64,000 nucleotides of DNA from Candidatus Bathyarchaeota archaeon (GTDB taxonomy: Archaea > Thermoproteota > Bathyarchaeia > Bathyarchaeales > Bathycorpusculaceae), in assembly GCA_963739305.1 (NCBI GenBank), contig CAVTZU010000018.1, forward strand, positions 85,682 to 149,681. The letters are read 5' to 3'. The number at the start of each line of letters is the position of its first letter. The first letter of the stretch is position 1. A model generated the notes under the pieces. It was not told the origin of the DNA, made no database searches, and saw only the letters and a list, made by a program, of their open reading frames with translations. The translations under genes and the position numbers were made by a program. Positions 41,348 through 51,259 of this stretch are shown here, piece after piece.

Positions 41348-41411
41348 TAGGCGATGAAGCTCGCCTTTAACCGCCTTTGCTTCAAAAGATGCAGAGGCTG
41401 ATAGCTTCTAC
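41348..41411 (+). ncRNA. Fluoride riboswitch (crcB motif)
   Basis: GGCGAUG-AAGC-UCGCC P1 stem, UAACCGCC linker, an internal hairpin, and 3' GCUGAUAGCUUCUAC whose GCUUC pairs with loop GAAGC (pseudoknot). Confidence 0.85.
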
Positions 41412-41584
41412 CAGCATTTAATATAAATGAGTAGGTGCCAGGTTGCGTGAAGCAATGCGGTTCACTTCAAAGAGCACAGCTAATGTAATTCTGAACATAC
41501 AACCGATCGCAGACTCGTTATTGAGCAGACGACGAGTGAAGAATTTTGTGAACCGACAGAATGATGATGGAGGTTCAATGAAAC

Positions 41585-42841
41585 ATGAGTGAGGAATCAA
41601 CGAGTGGCCAAAACTCTCGAAAATGGCTGAACAGAAACGTTGCCGCAATGGGTTTTACCAGTCTGTTCAGCGACATGAACCATGAAATGGCTACGGCGGT
41701 TCTCCCATTCTTCCTCGCAACACTCGGGGCAGGACCTGAGATTTTGGGTCTGATCGAAGGGTTTTCCGACGTTTCTTCAAGCCTCGTAAAGTCTTTCGCG
41801 GGATATCTGAGCGACAAACTTGGACGAAGGAAGCCTCTGCTAAACATTGGTTACGCTTTAACAGGCATATTCACACCCCTAATAGCATTAGCTACCTCGT
41901 GGTATCAAGTGCTCGTCTTAAGGGTTGGTGCTTGGACTGGAAGAGGAGCCCGTGGACCACCCAGAGATGCTTTACTGGCGGATTCCGTTTCTCCAGAAGT
42001 CAGAGGAAAAGCGTTCGGTTTCCACAGGACCATGGACACATTAGGCGCTGTTATCGGACCCGCCTTAGCCCTGTTCTTTCTAACTTTCCTGAATTATCGC
42101 CAGATAATTGCAATATCGGCAATCCCCGGTCTAGCAGCGTTGCTAGTAGTCCTTCTATTTGTACGTGAAGTCCGAAAAAAACCATCGCCAGACACTCCGA
42201 TTGTCTCGGCTCATGGCGGCCTCGTCGTGAAGGACAAAGGATTTGTCACGTCGATCAAGACGCTTCCGAGGTCGTTTCAGCTCTTCCTTGTTGGCGTAGG
42301 CGTTTTTGGGCTGGGAAATTTCGCCAACAGTCTTTTCACTTTGAGAGCACAACAGGTTCTGGCTCCAAGTGTAGGCTCGCTAGAGGCTTCGGCCATTGCT
42401 GTGGGATTGTACACTTTACTAAATGTTGCCTACGCAGCTTCTTGTTTTCCCATAGGCGCATTGAGCGATAAAGTCGGCAGGAGGAGAATTCTTGCAATTG
42501 GCTATTTTGTCTCGGCTGTAACCTGTCTGGGTACGGCTCTTCTCACGGCTGACTTTTTGTTTTTGGTTCCGATTTTCCTTTTGGCAGGGTTTTTCACGGC
42601 AATCACGGACACTATTGAAGGAACTGCAGCAGCCGATTTATTGCCAGCTGAGTCTCGGGGAACTGGTTTTGGCGTGCTGCAGACGGTTAACGGCATTGGC
42701 GATTTTGCCTCTAGCGCAGTAGTCGGAGCCCTCTGGGCTCTCACTTCACCCCTAATGGCTTTTACATATGCAGCCATTCTTTCAGCCGCAGGAGGCATTA
42801 TTCTACTCTATCTTACTAGGGGAAATCACCCGCTAAAATAG
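41585..42841 (+). CDS. MFS transporter
   Basis: About 12 hydrophobic segments; GYLSDKLGRRK and GALSDKVGRRR motif A. Confidence 0.9.
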   Translation: MSEESTSGQNSRKWLNRNVAAMGFTSLFSDMNHEMATAVLPFFLATLGAGPEILGLIEGFSDVSSSLVKSFAGYLSDKLGRRKPLLNIGYALTGIFTPLIALATSWYQVLVLRVGAWTGRGARGPPRDALLADSVSPEVRGKAFGFHRTMDTLGAVIGPALALFFLTFLNYRQIIAISAIPGLAALLVVLLFVREVRKKPSPDTPIVSAHGGLVVKDKGFVTSIKTLPRSFQLFLVGVGVFGLGNFANSLFTLRAQQVLAPSVGSLEASAIAVGLYTLLNVAYAASCFPIGALSDKVGRRRILAIGYFVSAVTCLGTALLTADFLFLVPIFLLAGFFTAITDTIEGTAAADLLPAESRGTGFGVLQTVNGIGDFASSAVVGALWALTSPLMAFTYAAILSAAGGIILLYLTRGNHPLK

Positions 42842-42867
42842 CGTACGGCACCCTTCTAGCGCGCGCT

Positions 42868-43245
42868 CTAATCTTGGTGATGGTGTGCGTGATGGCAGCC
42901 TTCGGTGAGTTCTTGAAGCTTGTCATCATTGTATGCAGCAATTACTTCTTTGACGGTATCCGCGTTTGCTTTCAGCACCGCTACTCCTGCTTCTTGGAAG
43001 CCATCTAAACCTCTTGGACCCATGCCGTAGGCTATTATCGCGTTTGGGTTTCGCTGCAGAATATGGTCATGCATATGCCCTTCGCTCCCAAAATGCTCGC
43101 CTTTGTTTTCCATTGTCTCAACGCTCTCGACTTTTCCATCGTCGTCCAGCGTTACAACAGCATAGAAGGGCGCTCTTCCGAAATGCTCCGCTATTCCAGC
43201 GTTCAAACCATTCCTGTCCGAAACAGGAACAATAACTTTTTTCAT
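42868..43245 (-). CDS. NifB/NifX (FeMo-cofactor-binding) family protein
   Basis: HFGRAP and GMGPR motifs; His-rich tail. Confidence 0.85.
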   Translation of the reverse strand: MKKVIVPVSDRNGLNAGIAEHFGRAPFYAVVTLDDDGKVESVETMENKGEHFGSEGHMHDHILQRNPNAIIAYGMGPRGLDGFQEAGVAVLKANADTVKEVIAAYNDDKLQELTEGCHHAHHHQD

Positions 43246-43264
43246 TACGTCACCTCCATTTTCA

Positions 43265-44122
43265 CTATTTCTTCGCCTTCTGTTTCAGGAAATCTTCGAT
43301 TTTCTTGACGATTTCCATGAAGGACTTTGAAGCTGCAGAGTTGGGATGCTCGACGATGAATGGTTCCCCTCTGTCAGCATCCTCACAGATTTCTTGATCA
43401 ATTGGAATGCTTCCGAGAAATGGAATATTCAGTTCTGCAGCTATCTTCCGTCCCCCGCCAGACTCGAATATGTCAGATTTTTTCCCACAGTGAGGACAGA
43501 TGAAACCGCTCATGTTCTCGATGACGCCGATGATGGGCATTCCAAGCTGCCGAGCAAAAGTGACAGACTTCTTAACGACCACTTGCGAGACTTTAGATGG
43601 GATAGTTACAATCACGACGCCATCCATTTCCGGTAATAGCTGAGCAATGCTTAGCGGCTCATCGCCTGTCCCAGGAGGGAGATCGATTAGCAAGATGTCC
43701 AGATCTCCCCAGACTATCTCTGATAAAAACTGGCGAATCGCAGTCATCTTCAACGGTCCACGCCAAATCACCGGCGCATTTTCATCAGGCAGTAGGAAGT
43801 CCATTGAAACAACCTTTATCCCTAACGTGCCTGAGGGTGGAAAGGCTCCTGGTGGACCCATTTGGAGTCTTTGGCCTATCAGTCCTAGCATTCTTGGTAC
43901 GCTAGGGCCATGTATGTCTGCGTCAAGAATCCCAATATGGTCGGCATGCCCGTGCATTGCAAGGGCGACGGCCAAGTTCACTGCCACCGTGCTTTTGCCC
44001 ACCCCACCTTTGCCGCTTATCACGGCTATCTTGTGTCTGATCTTGCTCATTCTTGTCTTAAGCTTCTGCTCCTGTTCCGAAAACTGTTTTGCTCTATCTA
44101 CGACTTCTTGTGCGCTTGTCAA
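43265..44122 (-). CDS. Mrp/NBP35 Fe-S carrier ATPase
   Basis: SGKGGVGKST, DADIHGP, VIWRGP, DLPPGTGD and ENMS..CPHC motifs; AGGAG precedes a TTG at 44122. Confidence 0.88.
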   Translation of the reverse strand: MTSAQEVVDRAKQFSEQEQKLKTRMSKIRHKIAVISGKGGVGKSTVAVNLAVALAMHGHADHIGILDADIHGPSVPRMLGLIGQRLQMGPPGAFPPSGTLGIKVVSMDFLLPDENAPVIWRGPLKMTAIRQFLSEIVWGDLDILLIDLPPGTGDEPLSIAQLLPEMDGVVIVTIPSKVSQVVVKKSVTFARQLGMPIIGVIENMSGFICPHCGKKSDIFESGGGRKIAAELNIPFLGSIPIDQEICEDADRGEPFIVEHPNSAASKSFMEIVKKIEDFLKQKAKK

Positions 44123-44135
44123 TTCGAAAACTCCT

Positions 44136-44596
44136 TCATATTTCAAAATGGCCTCTTTGGCCTCTTCCAAGTCGAGCGTACCCTCTTTTTTGGGAGCCCT
44201 GTGTATGTTCTTGCTTCTGCACTTGGGACACGCATCAGGTCTTGCTTTTCCATGCGGTTCCTCCCACTCGTGGCCGCAATCTAGGCATTTGAATTTTCTA
44301 CTTGTGTCTGACGTGTGTTCTCCTCCTTCTATTCGTATAGCTTTGCCATTCACCAGCGCATCTGCCACTTTCTTTCTTGCCGCCTCTATCACTCTGTGAA
44401 ACGTTGGCTGCGATATGCGCATACTGTCAGCCGCCGCCGTCTGCTCCAATCCCTCGAGATCCTTCAACCGTATCGCTTCAAATTCATCTGCGCTCAGGCC
44501 AACGCTTTCCAAAGAAGTCATTGGAACGCCTCTAGGTTTGAAATAGTTCACGCCTGGTTCGCAGCATACTCGTCTGGAAATTCTGGGTCTAGCCAC
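44136..44596 (-). CDS. DUF134 HTH protein with Zn ribbon (appears fused to Mrp, probably through a 1-nt deletion near 44186)
   Basis: RPR..R.V, YFKPRG, EAIRL.D, SQPTF, CLDC and CPKC motifs. Confidence 0.8.
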
Positions 44597-44598
44597 GA

Positions 44599-44618
44599 TT
44601 ATGAATAAATATTCATAA
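44599..44618. promoter_or_regulatory. Inverted repeat TTATGAATA-AA-TATTCATAA, putative DUF134 operator
   Basis: Perfect 9-bp arms immediately upstream of the DUF134 start. Confidence 0.6.
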
Positions 44619-44740
44619 CTCTCTTAAAGGTTTCGTAGCGCAAGCTGGAAAAGCAATATTCCGAAAACATGAAATTAGCGCGCGCTAGCCTCCGAAAACA
44701 ATAAGGCGTACATTTCTATGCTGGATGATCGTGGAGAACA

Positions 44741-45190
44741 ATGTCTAAACCTGAGAAGAAAGTGGGCATCGTGATCTGTGACCGTTACCGCACTTGCGCC
44801 GGCGGCAAATGCTTAAGAGCATTGAAGAACAAGGAAGGAGCTTTCAGTTTATACGCCGATCAGGAGGTGAAGCTCGTAGGATACACCACTTGCGGAGGAT
44901 GCCCGGGGGGAAACGTTGAATACTGCATCGAAGAAATGAAGAAAAACGGCGCTGAAGTGGTTCACTTTGCCACAGGCATGGTCGTGGGTTATCCACCCTG
45001 CCCCTACATTGACCAGTTGTGCGACTTTGTAAAGAAGAAATACGATATAGACGTGGTTATCGGAACACATCCAATTCCACAGAAATACTACCTGACACAC
45101 GAAGCCCTCGGAACGTGGAAATCGCTTGAATGGAAAGAACGAATCAAGCATGTACTGACAGATGAGCAGACACGATCAAAATATAATTGA
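44741..45190 (+). CDS. CGGC domain protein
   Basis: CAGGKC, TCGGCPG, PCP and GTH motifs. Confidence 0.85.
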   Translation: MSKPEKKVGIVICDRYRTCAGGKCLRALKNKEGAFSLYADQEVKLVGYTTCGGCPGGNVEYCIEEMKKNGAEVVHFATGMVVGYPPCPYIDQLCDFVKKKYDIDVVIGTHPIPQKYYLTHEALGTWKSLEWKERIKHVLTDEQTRSKYN

Positions 45191-45273
45191 ATAGGAGTTT
45201 TCACTCTTGATTAAGAATAGACATCTTCTCTAGATAAAAAAAAGGATGGGTCAGTGTCCTTCTTTGGAAAGTA

Positions 45274-45558
45274 CTACATGGTTTTTGCGACTTCGCTGAA
45301 GGGTTGGACTGGTCTTACGTCAACTGCCATTTGACCAAAGAACTTCGAAACCGTTAAGGCACTGTCGGCGTCTATAATGAAGAAACCCTTATGATCAATA
45401 CTCTTGTCTTTTGGACAACTCATGTAGGCTCCGATTATTTTGAGACCCGATTTCCTAACGTTCTCATCTGAAAAGAGCATTTTAATCATTGCTTTTCCTT
45501 CAGGCGTTAGCAACGGACATTTTGCGGCTTGATGGGTATGGGTAGCGACAAACAGCAA
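45274..45558 (-). CDS. Small hypothetical protein (H.H....CP motif)
   Basis: GGAGGTGA RBS before TTG 45558. Confidence 0.6.
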   Translation of the reverse strand: MLFVATHTHQAAKCPLLTPEGKAMIKMLFSDENVRKSGLKIIGAYMSCPKDKSIDHKGFFIIDADSALTVSKFFGQMAVDVRPVQPFSEVAKTM

Positions 45559-45604
45559 ATACTCACCTCCTTTCTGCATTTCAGCTTGAAGCAGTCTGTT
45601 CTGG

Positions 45605-46021
45605 CTATTTGGGCACTACTTCGAATTCCACTTTCAAGGGAATTGGTTCTTTGAATATGGACAGGACTGGACAGTTTGCCTCAGTTCTCCGCCAAGCAGC
45701 TTCCAGCAGTTCTTTCCTCGCTATTGCACAGACTCTGGTCTTCACTGTCACTCCAGTCAATATGGGAGAGTCTGGGGATTTTTCTGCTTCCGCTACGGCC
45801 TCGACTTTGGTGATTTCGATTTTACTCTGCTTGCAGACATCCGCGAATATCGTCACGGCGCAGTCTGCTAGGGCCATCATGGCCAGTTCAATAGCAGTCG
45901 GACCTTTGTCGTCTCCACCCGCGGGGGTGGAAAGGTCGCAGACAACGCTGTGGGTTCTTGAATTGTCAACCACCGAACGAACATTCTCAATCCATTTGGC
46001 TGTAGTTTTGTATTTGGGCAT
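45605..46021 (-). CDS. OsmC family protein
   Basis: GGDDKGPT..EL...LADC and NCPV motifs. Confidence 0.85.
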   Translation of the reverse strand: MPKYKTTAKWIENVRSVVDNSRTHSVVCDLSTPAGGDDKGPTAIELAMMALADCAVTIFADVCKQSKIEITKVEAVAEAEKSPDSPILTGVTVKTRVCAIARKELLEAAWRRTEANCPVLSIFKEPIPLKVEFEVVPK

Positions 46022-46150
46022 TTTGTTCACCATCATGAACGGCATCTGAAAAAGAATTTAAGGCTTGTGCAATAGCGGGAGCAAGCTCTCATAAATCGCA
46101 TATTCGCGCGCGCTATAATCAAACTCGGCGTAATGGCTGCTTTTAAACTT

Positions 46151-46547
46151 TCAAGGTTTATCCATATGGACTAATGTAAAATTCCTTATTCTTTGCGCAG
46201 GGATTCTGCTGTAGCCTTTTGAACATCTTCTCTCTGAGCACTGCCTCGTAGCAGCCCATTTCAGGATCGGAATCACTGCATCTCTGAGCCCCTCTACGTC
46301 TTTCGTCAGTGAATATTCAACACGAGGCGGGATCTCCGAATGATTTCCTTACGAGAAGCCCCTCATGCTGAAGCTGCTTCAACGTGTCTGCAAGCCTCTT
46401 CGGGCTCACTCCCCGCGCGCTGGGCGCGCCCACATTCAAATCAAAGCTCACGTCAAATTGCTTCTCAAAAAGAACGATAGCGTCGCGAGGAGGCGGAGAA
46501 ACTGCTCCGGCAGAATACACCTTCAACCGCGGCTTAATGGAAGGCAT
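46151..46547 (-). pseudogene. Chimeric remnant: ModA-like substrate-binding N-terminus joined to HxlR C-terminal half
   Basis: LKVYSAGAVS..., then the junction at 46413-46430, then GVSPKRLADTLKQL and (shifted frame) EIPPRVEYSLT. Confidence 0.7.
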
Positions 46548-46676
46548 CTACCAACTCACCGAGTTTGGTTGGGCTGGAGACAAATAATAACTTTTTGGGC
46601 AGAACGGGTCGATTAACAAAATAAGAAAAAGACCGAGCTGCAGGATTAAGCGCGCGCACAAGCAGAGAAGCTGCAG

Positions 46677-49600
46677 TTATCTTTCTCCTTTGAGCCAGCC
46701 CTTGATTCCCAATTCTTTGACTGTTATGCTTATCGGTTCAGGCTCGTGTGATCTGTATTTGCCGTTTTCGTCCAAGTACAAGACCGTGGGTTCCAAAGAG
46801 AATTCGCCCTGAATATTCGGTCTGAGGGTAAGCTTCACTTCCTCAGTTTTCAATGAATCGATTCGTTTTCCCTTCATGTTCAAATAACTGTCTTCCACCC
46901 TGTAGAATTCAGGGCTTTCTGCCAGTTCGAAGCCTTTTGGAATAAGTTCAGTGATCTTGATCAGTTGTGCGGGACCCTTTCCAGCGTTGACGAGTTCTAT
47001 CTCCAGTTCTAGGTTTTCACCGACTTTCACGTGTCTCCGGCGGGCTATGAGGTTTGCCTGTATGTTAGCGTTCTCAAACTTCTCCAAACCCACTGACTTC
47101 TCCTGACTTGGTGTCGGAGTAGCGAAAGCAGACGTTGCGGAAACGACTGACGGCGTGTGCAGAACCTCGTTGAGGGATTGGGCCAGTTCTCGCTCTTCTT
47201 TGACTTTTTCAAGAAGCCTCAGAGTCTGTTCTCTCTTTTCTGGATGTTCGGCCTTCATGAAGTAGCCCGCTGAGGTTTGCAGGATCTTTTCAGCCACGGC
47301 AAGAAGCCTTGTTTTCTTATCGGGGTCAGCTTCTTTTTTGGCGGTGTTGATGTTTGAGTAAGCGTCTAGAAGCAGTCCCGTTGCTTCGGCGTATTCTGAG
47401 GCGCTTTGGTAGCCTGCTTTCACATAGTATTTGCCTGCGCTTTCCAGGTGCTGGATGGCAGTTGTGTGAAGTGTCTCATCTCCCGTGTCTGCGAACCTCA
47501 TTCCTGCCTCAAGTGCTCTGCAGAAACGGCTGTGGCCTAATGCCAGAGTCTTTGCTTTCTCGTTGGAGCTCAGTTCTTTGGCTTTTTCAAAGAGTTGTGA
47601 TGCTTCTACGTACGGGCTTGGGTTTTCTTCAGCTTCAGCAAGCGTCATTTTCGCCCATGCTTGGGATAGAGTTGTGAGGAGGTCGATTTCCCTCTTGTCT
47701 CGCTCAGACTCCACGCCTTCCGCCATTTTCTCCAGGGTTTCAGCGGCTGAACTGTATTTTTCCGAGCTGGAATGATGATCGCCTTTCTTGTCGAGGATTT
47801 TTGCTTCTTCAATTGAAATTCGCGCCATGCAGTATTCGTGCCTGAAATCTGTTGCCTTGAGAATGCCTTTTGCCATTTGTTTTTCTTCAAGGTCTTCTAT
47901 TTTTTCGAGTTGATTTTGAAGTGATTTTCTGGTTTCTTCAAAAAGCTCAGCAGCTCTTTGGAAAGCTTGGAGGGCTTCTTCGCTGTTCTCCTTTCGGCTC
48001 AACTCTTCTGCGTGGTCCGTTTGTGCCCAAGCCGCATAGTTCGGAGCCAGGTAATTCCACCTTTTCAACTGTTCATGCAGTTCGGAGGCTTTTCCAAAGT
48101 GTTCCTCTGCCAGACCATATTCCTGTTTTTCATGATGCTGTCGCGCTTTCTCAATTTGACTCCATGCATGCATGTAGACCGCTTGGTCACGATAGAGGTC
48201 TCTGAGCTGAGGGATTTTCTCCGAAGCAAATGCGTAATTGGCGCGCGCGTTCTCAAAACTCTGATAGGCAGAAACGTGCTCGCCTAGTTTGTCGTAGACT
48301 TGTGCCTTTTTCCAGTAGTCTTGAGCAATTGAAGCTACTAAATTGAGCTTATGCGCAGCTTCGATGGCGTCTTCATATGCTTTAAGAGCTTTCCTCAAGA
48401 GCTCTTTGTTGCCAGTCAACTCGTAAAGGCTGACAAGTAGGTTTCCGTAAGTATAATGCTGGCCCCCTACTGCGGTAAAAAGTGAGGTTGCCGAACCTTT
48501 TCTTTCAAGGAATGTCAGTTCTTTGATTTGAAGTGCAGTTCCCTCTTCCTTGTGTGTTATGGCTTCCTGGAGCAGAGCCTTCTTGCTTTCCGGTTCTTCA
48601 GCCAAGTTGGCAAGCTCAGATTTTATATTGCTCAGTATATTGCTCATAACACCGCGGTTCCAGTAAAGGAAAGGTTCAAGCTGCTCAGCAATCTTGATGC
48701 TTTCAATACAGTCTGCAAGGGCCTCTTCTAGATCTTTCTTTTTCTCCACCAGATTCGTCTCAGACTGGGCTCGTTGTAAACCAACACCTGCGCCGGTTAA
48801 GCAAAGGTACAATCTGATTTCCGGATAACCCGATTCTTCAGCTTGTTCCCTCATGCCCGGCAAAGCCTGTGAGGCTTTTTCAAACAAGTCGTGTTTTTTC
48901 TTCAAATCAGTCTCGAAGCCCGCCAACATCGACAAACGCATGAAATCAGTTGCTCCCAACCAAGCAGCATCGCCCCGCGGGCTTACAAAAGATCCAGGGG
49001 AAAACTGTCGTTGAGCTTCTTCAGCGTACTGCACCGCTTTCTCAAGTAAACGAGCACCCTCATCCGGGTCCTCACCTCCAATAATTTTCCAAGCAGTGTG
49101 ATAAGTCAACCAATCCAATGCGCAACCCATGACGAACTTGTCCTTCATCTTCCTGCCGTACTCCAGGGCCTTCTCATAATTTGCAAGAGCCTCATCCGTA
49201 CCCTCGAGGCCGAAGAAAGGTTGACCCCCGAACACTGGATACGGAAACTCGGTCATGGCTACCTCCTCAGAAGCCTCCTTGGCCCTGGCCCAATAGTTGA
49301 GACCCTTCTGTCTAGTCTTCTCCCTCTCATCCAAATCCTGAAAATAGTAACCAAACACTCCCAGACAAACAACACTCCTTGCACAGGCTCTCGCAAGCTC
49401 AGAGGAATCACCAGAATCAGAAAGGAACCGGATGGCTTTCTCGCCGAATTCCACGGCTTCCCGCATAATCTTCTCGCGAGACTTGAAATTCGATTCACGA
49501 GTGAACAAGAAGATGGCGCTGCTGGACAGCTGATTGTACGTCCTCCAATACTCCCCCTGATTCAACGGTTCCTCAGAAGCCTTCAAGCCCTCCTTCGTCA

Positions 49601-49988
49601 ACTCCCAACATTCCTCAAGCATCCTCTTCTTCTCAGAAACCCCAGACGCCAGCCAATGACCAACATACGCCGCCATCGCACTGCAACGAAGCATTCTCGG
49701 TTTCATTCTCCCGCCGCTCACTCTCTCATAAGACTCGCGGGCCTTCCGATAGTTCACGGCAGCGTTTTGCATTCTGTCCCTAAACTCGTTCACGTCCTCA
49801 GCCTGCATAGCCACCTTCAGAAACGCAAAGCCCAAGCGTTCGCAAACCTCTCCCAACGTCACGAAATCCTCGCTGGGTACGAGACTCAGTCCCTTCCTGT
49901 AGATCGCAACAGTTTCCACCCAATCGTACTCTCTCTCACGCTCACAAGCTTCACTCAGCATTGCATCAACGTGCGACGCATCCGACAT
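46677..49988 (-). CDS. Large TPR-like helical-repeat protein with C-terminal Ig-like domain
   Basis: About 1100 aa of A/E/K/L-rich helical repeats; beta-rich C-terminus (VNAGKGPA, IPKGF, LEPTVLY). Confidence 0.7.
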   Translation of the reverse strand: MSDASHVDAMLSEACEREREYDWVETVAIYRKGLSLVPSEDFVTLGEVCERLGFAFLKVAMQAEDVNEFRDRMQNAAVNYRKARESYERVSGGRMKPRMLRCSAMAAYVGHWLASGVSEKKRMLEECWELTKEGLKASEEPLNQGEYWRTYNQLSSSAIFLFTRESNFKSREKIMREAVEFGEKAIRFLSDSGDSSELARACARSVVCLGVFGYYFQDLDEREKTRQKGLNYWARAKEASEEVAMTEFPYPVFGGQPFFGLEGTDEALANYEKALEYGRKMKDKFVMGCALDWLTYHTAWKIIGGEDPDEGARLLEKAVQYAEEAQRQFSPGSFVSPRGDAAWLGATDFMRLSMLAGFETDLKKKHDLFEKASQALPGMREQAEESGYPEIRLYLCLTGAGVGLQRAQSETNLVEKKKDLEEALADCIESIKIAEQLEPFLYWNRGVMSNILSNIKSELANLAEEPESKKALLQEAITHKEEGTALQIKELTFLERKGSATSLFTAVGGQHYTYGNLLVSLYELTGNKELLRKALKAYEDAIEAAHKLNLVASIAQDYWKKAQVYDKLGEHVSAYQSFENARANYAFASEKIPQLRDLYRDQAVYMHAWSQIEKARQHHEKQEYGLAEEHFGKASELHEQLKRWNYLAPNYAAWAQTDHAEELSRKENSEEALQAFQRAAELFEETRKSLQNQLEKIEDLEEKQMAKGILKATDFRHEYCMARISIEEAKILDKKGDHHSSSEKYSSAAETLEKMAEGVESERDKREIDLLTTLSQAWAKMTLAEAEENPSPYVEASQLFEKAKELSSNEKAKTLALGHSRFCRALEAGMRFADTGDETLHTTAIQHLESAGKYYVKAGYQSASEYAEATGLLLDAYSNINTAKKEADPDKKTRLLAVAEKILQTSAGYFMKAEHPEKREQTLRLLEKVKEERELAQSLNEVLHTPSVVSATSAFATPTPSQEKSVGLEKFENANIQANLIARRRHVKVGENLELEIELVNAGKGPAQLIKITELIPKGFELAESPEFYRVEDSYLNMKGKRIDSLKTEEVKLTLRPNIQGEFSLEPTVLYLDENGKYRSHEPEPISITVKELGIKGWLKGER

Positions 49989-50624
49989 CGAACAAACCAC
50001 ATCAACGTACCATACGCATCTCAAAAAGGTTTTTGATAAACAACACACTGTAAGCCCAATTCTACTCCAAGAACCAAGAAACCGGCCCTAGAAGCCTTCA
50101 CAACACAACCGCAACACGATTCCAAGATTTACGCTTTTGCCTTCGAGCAAATTGAACCCCCAACCCACCTTCCCAAGTCGGTTCAGTTATGACTTTTCCG
50201 CAAGACCTCAAAGGCAGAAATCTCAAATCCATACTGCAACAAAGGATAAACTAGGGGTTCAAGAATGAATGATAAAGTTTGGATATTTCTTGTCTTCGGT
50301 ATCCTGCTGATGATGGGTGGAATAATCGGTTGCATATACTCGGTAACGCAACATACAGAAAACACGAACAGCAATCCCTTCCGTTATGATACCCATATCC
50401 GTACCAATATCTTGGTTTGGCACTCATCATCACGGGTTTGGTCATAATCGCGTTTGATTACATGTATGTTAAAAAGAGCGAAGAATCATCCGCTTCAAAA
50501 CAAGAAACGAATTAGAGATTCAAAAATGAGTGAAAAGAAAATCGTGAGAAGAAACCTTGCCACTGTGCCAAGAAGAATCATTCAAGTACTGATGACGTAC
50601 CCACGAGCGCGCGCTAAGAGGAAG

Positions 50625-50915
50625 TTAGGAAAATCTTTCAGCATTGGCTTTTGCTTCTTCCAACATCTTCACGGTTATTTTCTGCATGTATTTATCCACG
50701 TCTAAGTCATGTTTTCTGGCTATCTCTGCAAAGTCGTTGTAAAGTTCTGTTGGTATCAATACTTTTTTCGTCTTGGCTTGTTCTAGTTTGTCGTACTTCT
50801 CAGCTATCAATGCGCGGAGTATCTCTGTATTTCTTTTCATTCCATAGTATTTCTTGACAGCTCTGAATCGTTCTAGCATTTCTCCGGTAAGCTCTAGTCT
50901 TACAACATCTTTCAT
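50625..50915 (-). CDS. Small DNA-binding protein, tandem ribbon-helix-helix-like
   Basis: VRLEL..E....F..VK..YG....EILR.LI pattern. Confidence 0.55.
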   Translation of the reverse strand: MKDVVRLELTGEMLERFRAVKKYYGMKRNTEILRALIAEKYDKLEQAKTKKVLIPTELYNDFAEIARKHDLDVDKYMQKITVKMLEEAKANAERFS

Positions 50916-51259
50916 GCATACCACATGCATAGTATGTGCACGTTATGTGCATATAAGGTTTAGCTTAGGTTTCTCTGTCTAGATATTTCGTGTGTGTTCC
51001 ATGAATGTATTTTGTTAAGGTTCTAGCGCGCACTATCCTATGTATATCTGCGTAAGACGCTCTCTAGTAGACCACGTTCTGGCCTCTGTAGCCAATGCAA
51101 AGAAAAGGAAGACAACAAAAGTTGCACGACGTAAAGACCTGACTTCGCGCTAGATAGAGCAAGCGCGGCCCATTCGTGGAAACAGAACTCCTGTCACTAT
51201 CCGAAATTCATAACATTTTTACATTATCTTTTCTGGTTATCTAACAAGGGAATTTGAAG

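Noticed and set aside
43265-44596. Novel DUF134-Zn ribbon-Mrp fusion protein (443 aa)
   Set aside because: Adding one A to the homopolymer near 44186 gives a typical RGYARLGRG tail and stop, followed by AGGAG and TTG for Mrp. Most likely an indel artefact.
36371-45190. Selenocysteine or pyrrolysine readthrough in the Cys-rich redox genes
   Set aside because: The expected motif positions are ordinary Cys codons, and the breaks are frameshifts, not in-frame TGA/TAG.
48241-48249. GCGCGCGCG inside the TPR gene as a motif copy
   Set aside because: It encodes NARAN in an uninterrupted helix and lacks TA flanks, so it is probably coincidental.
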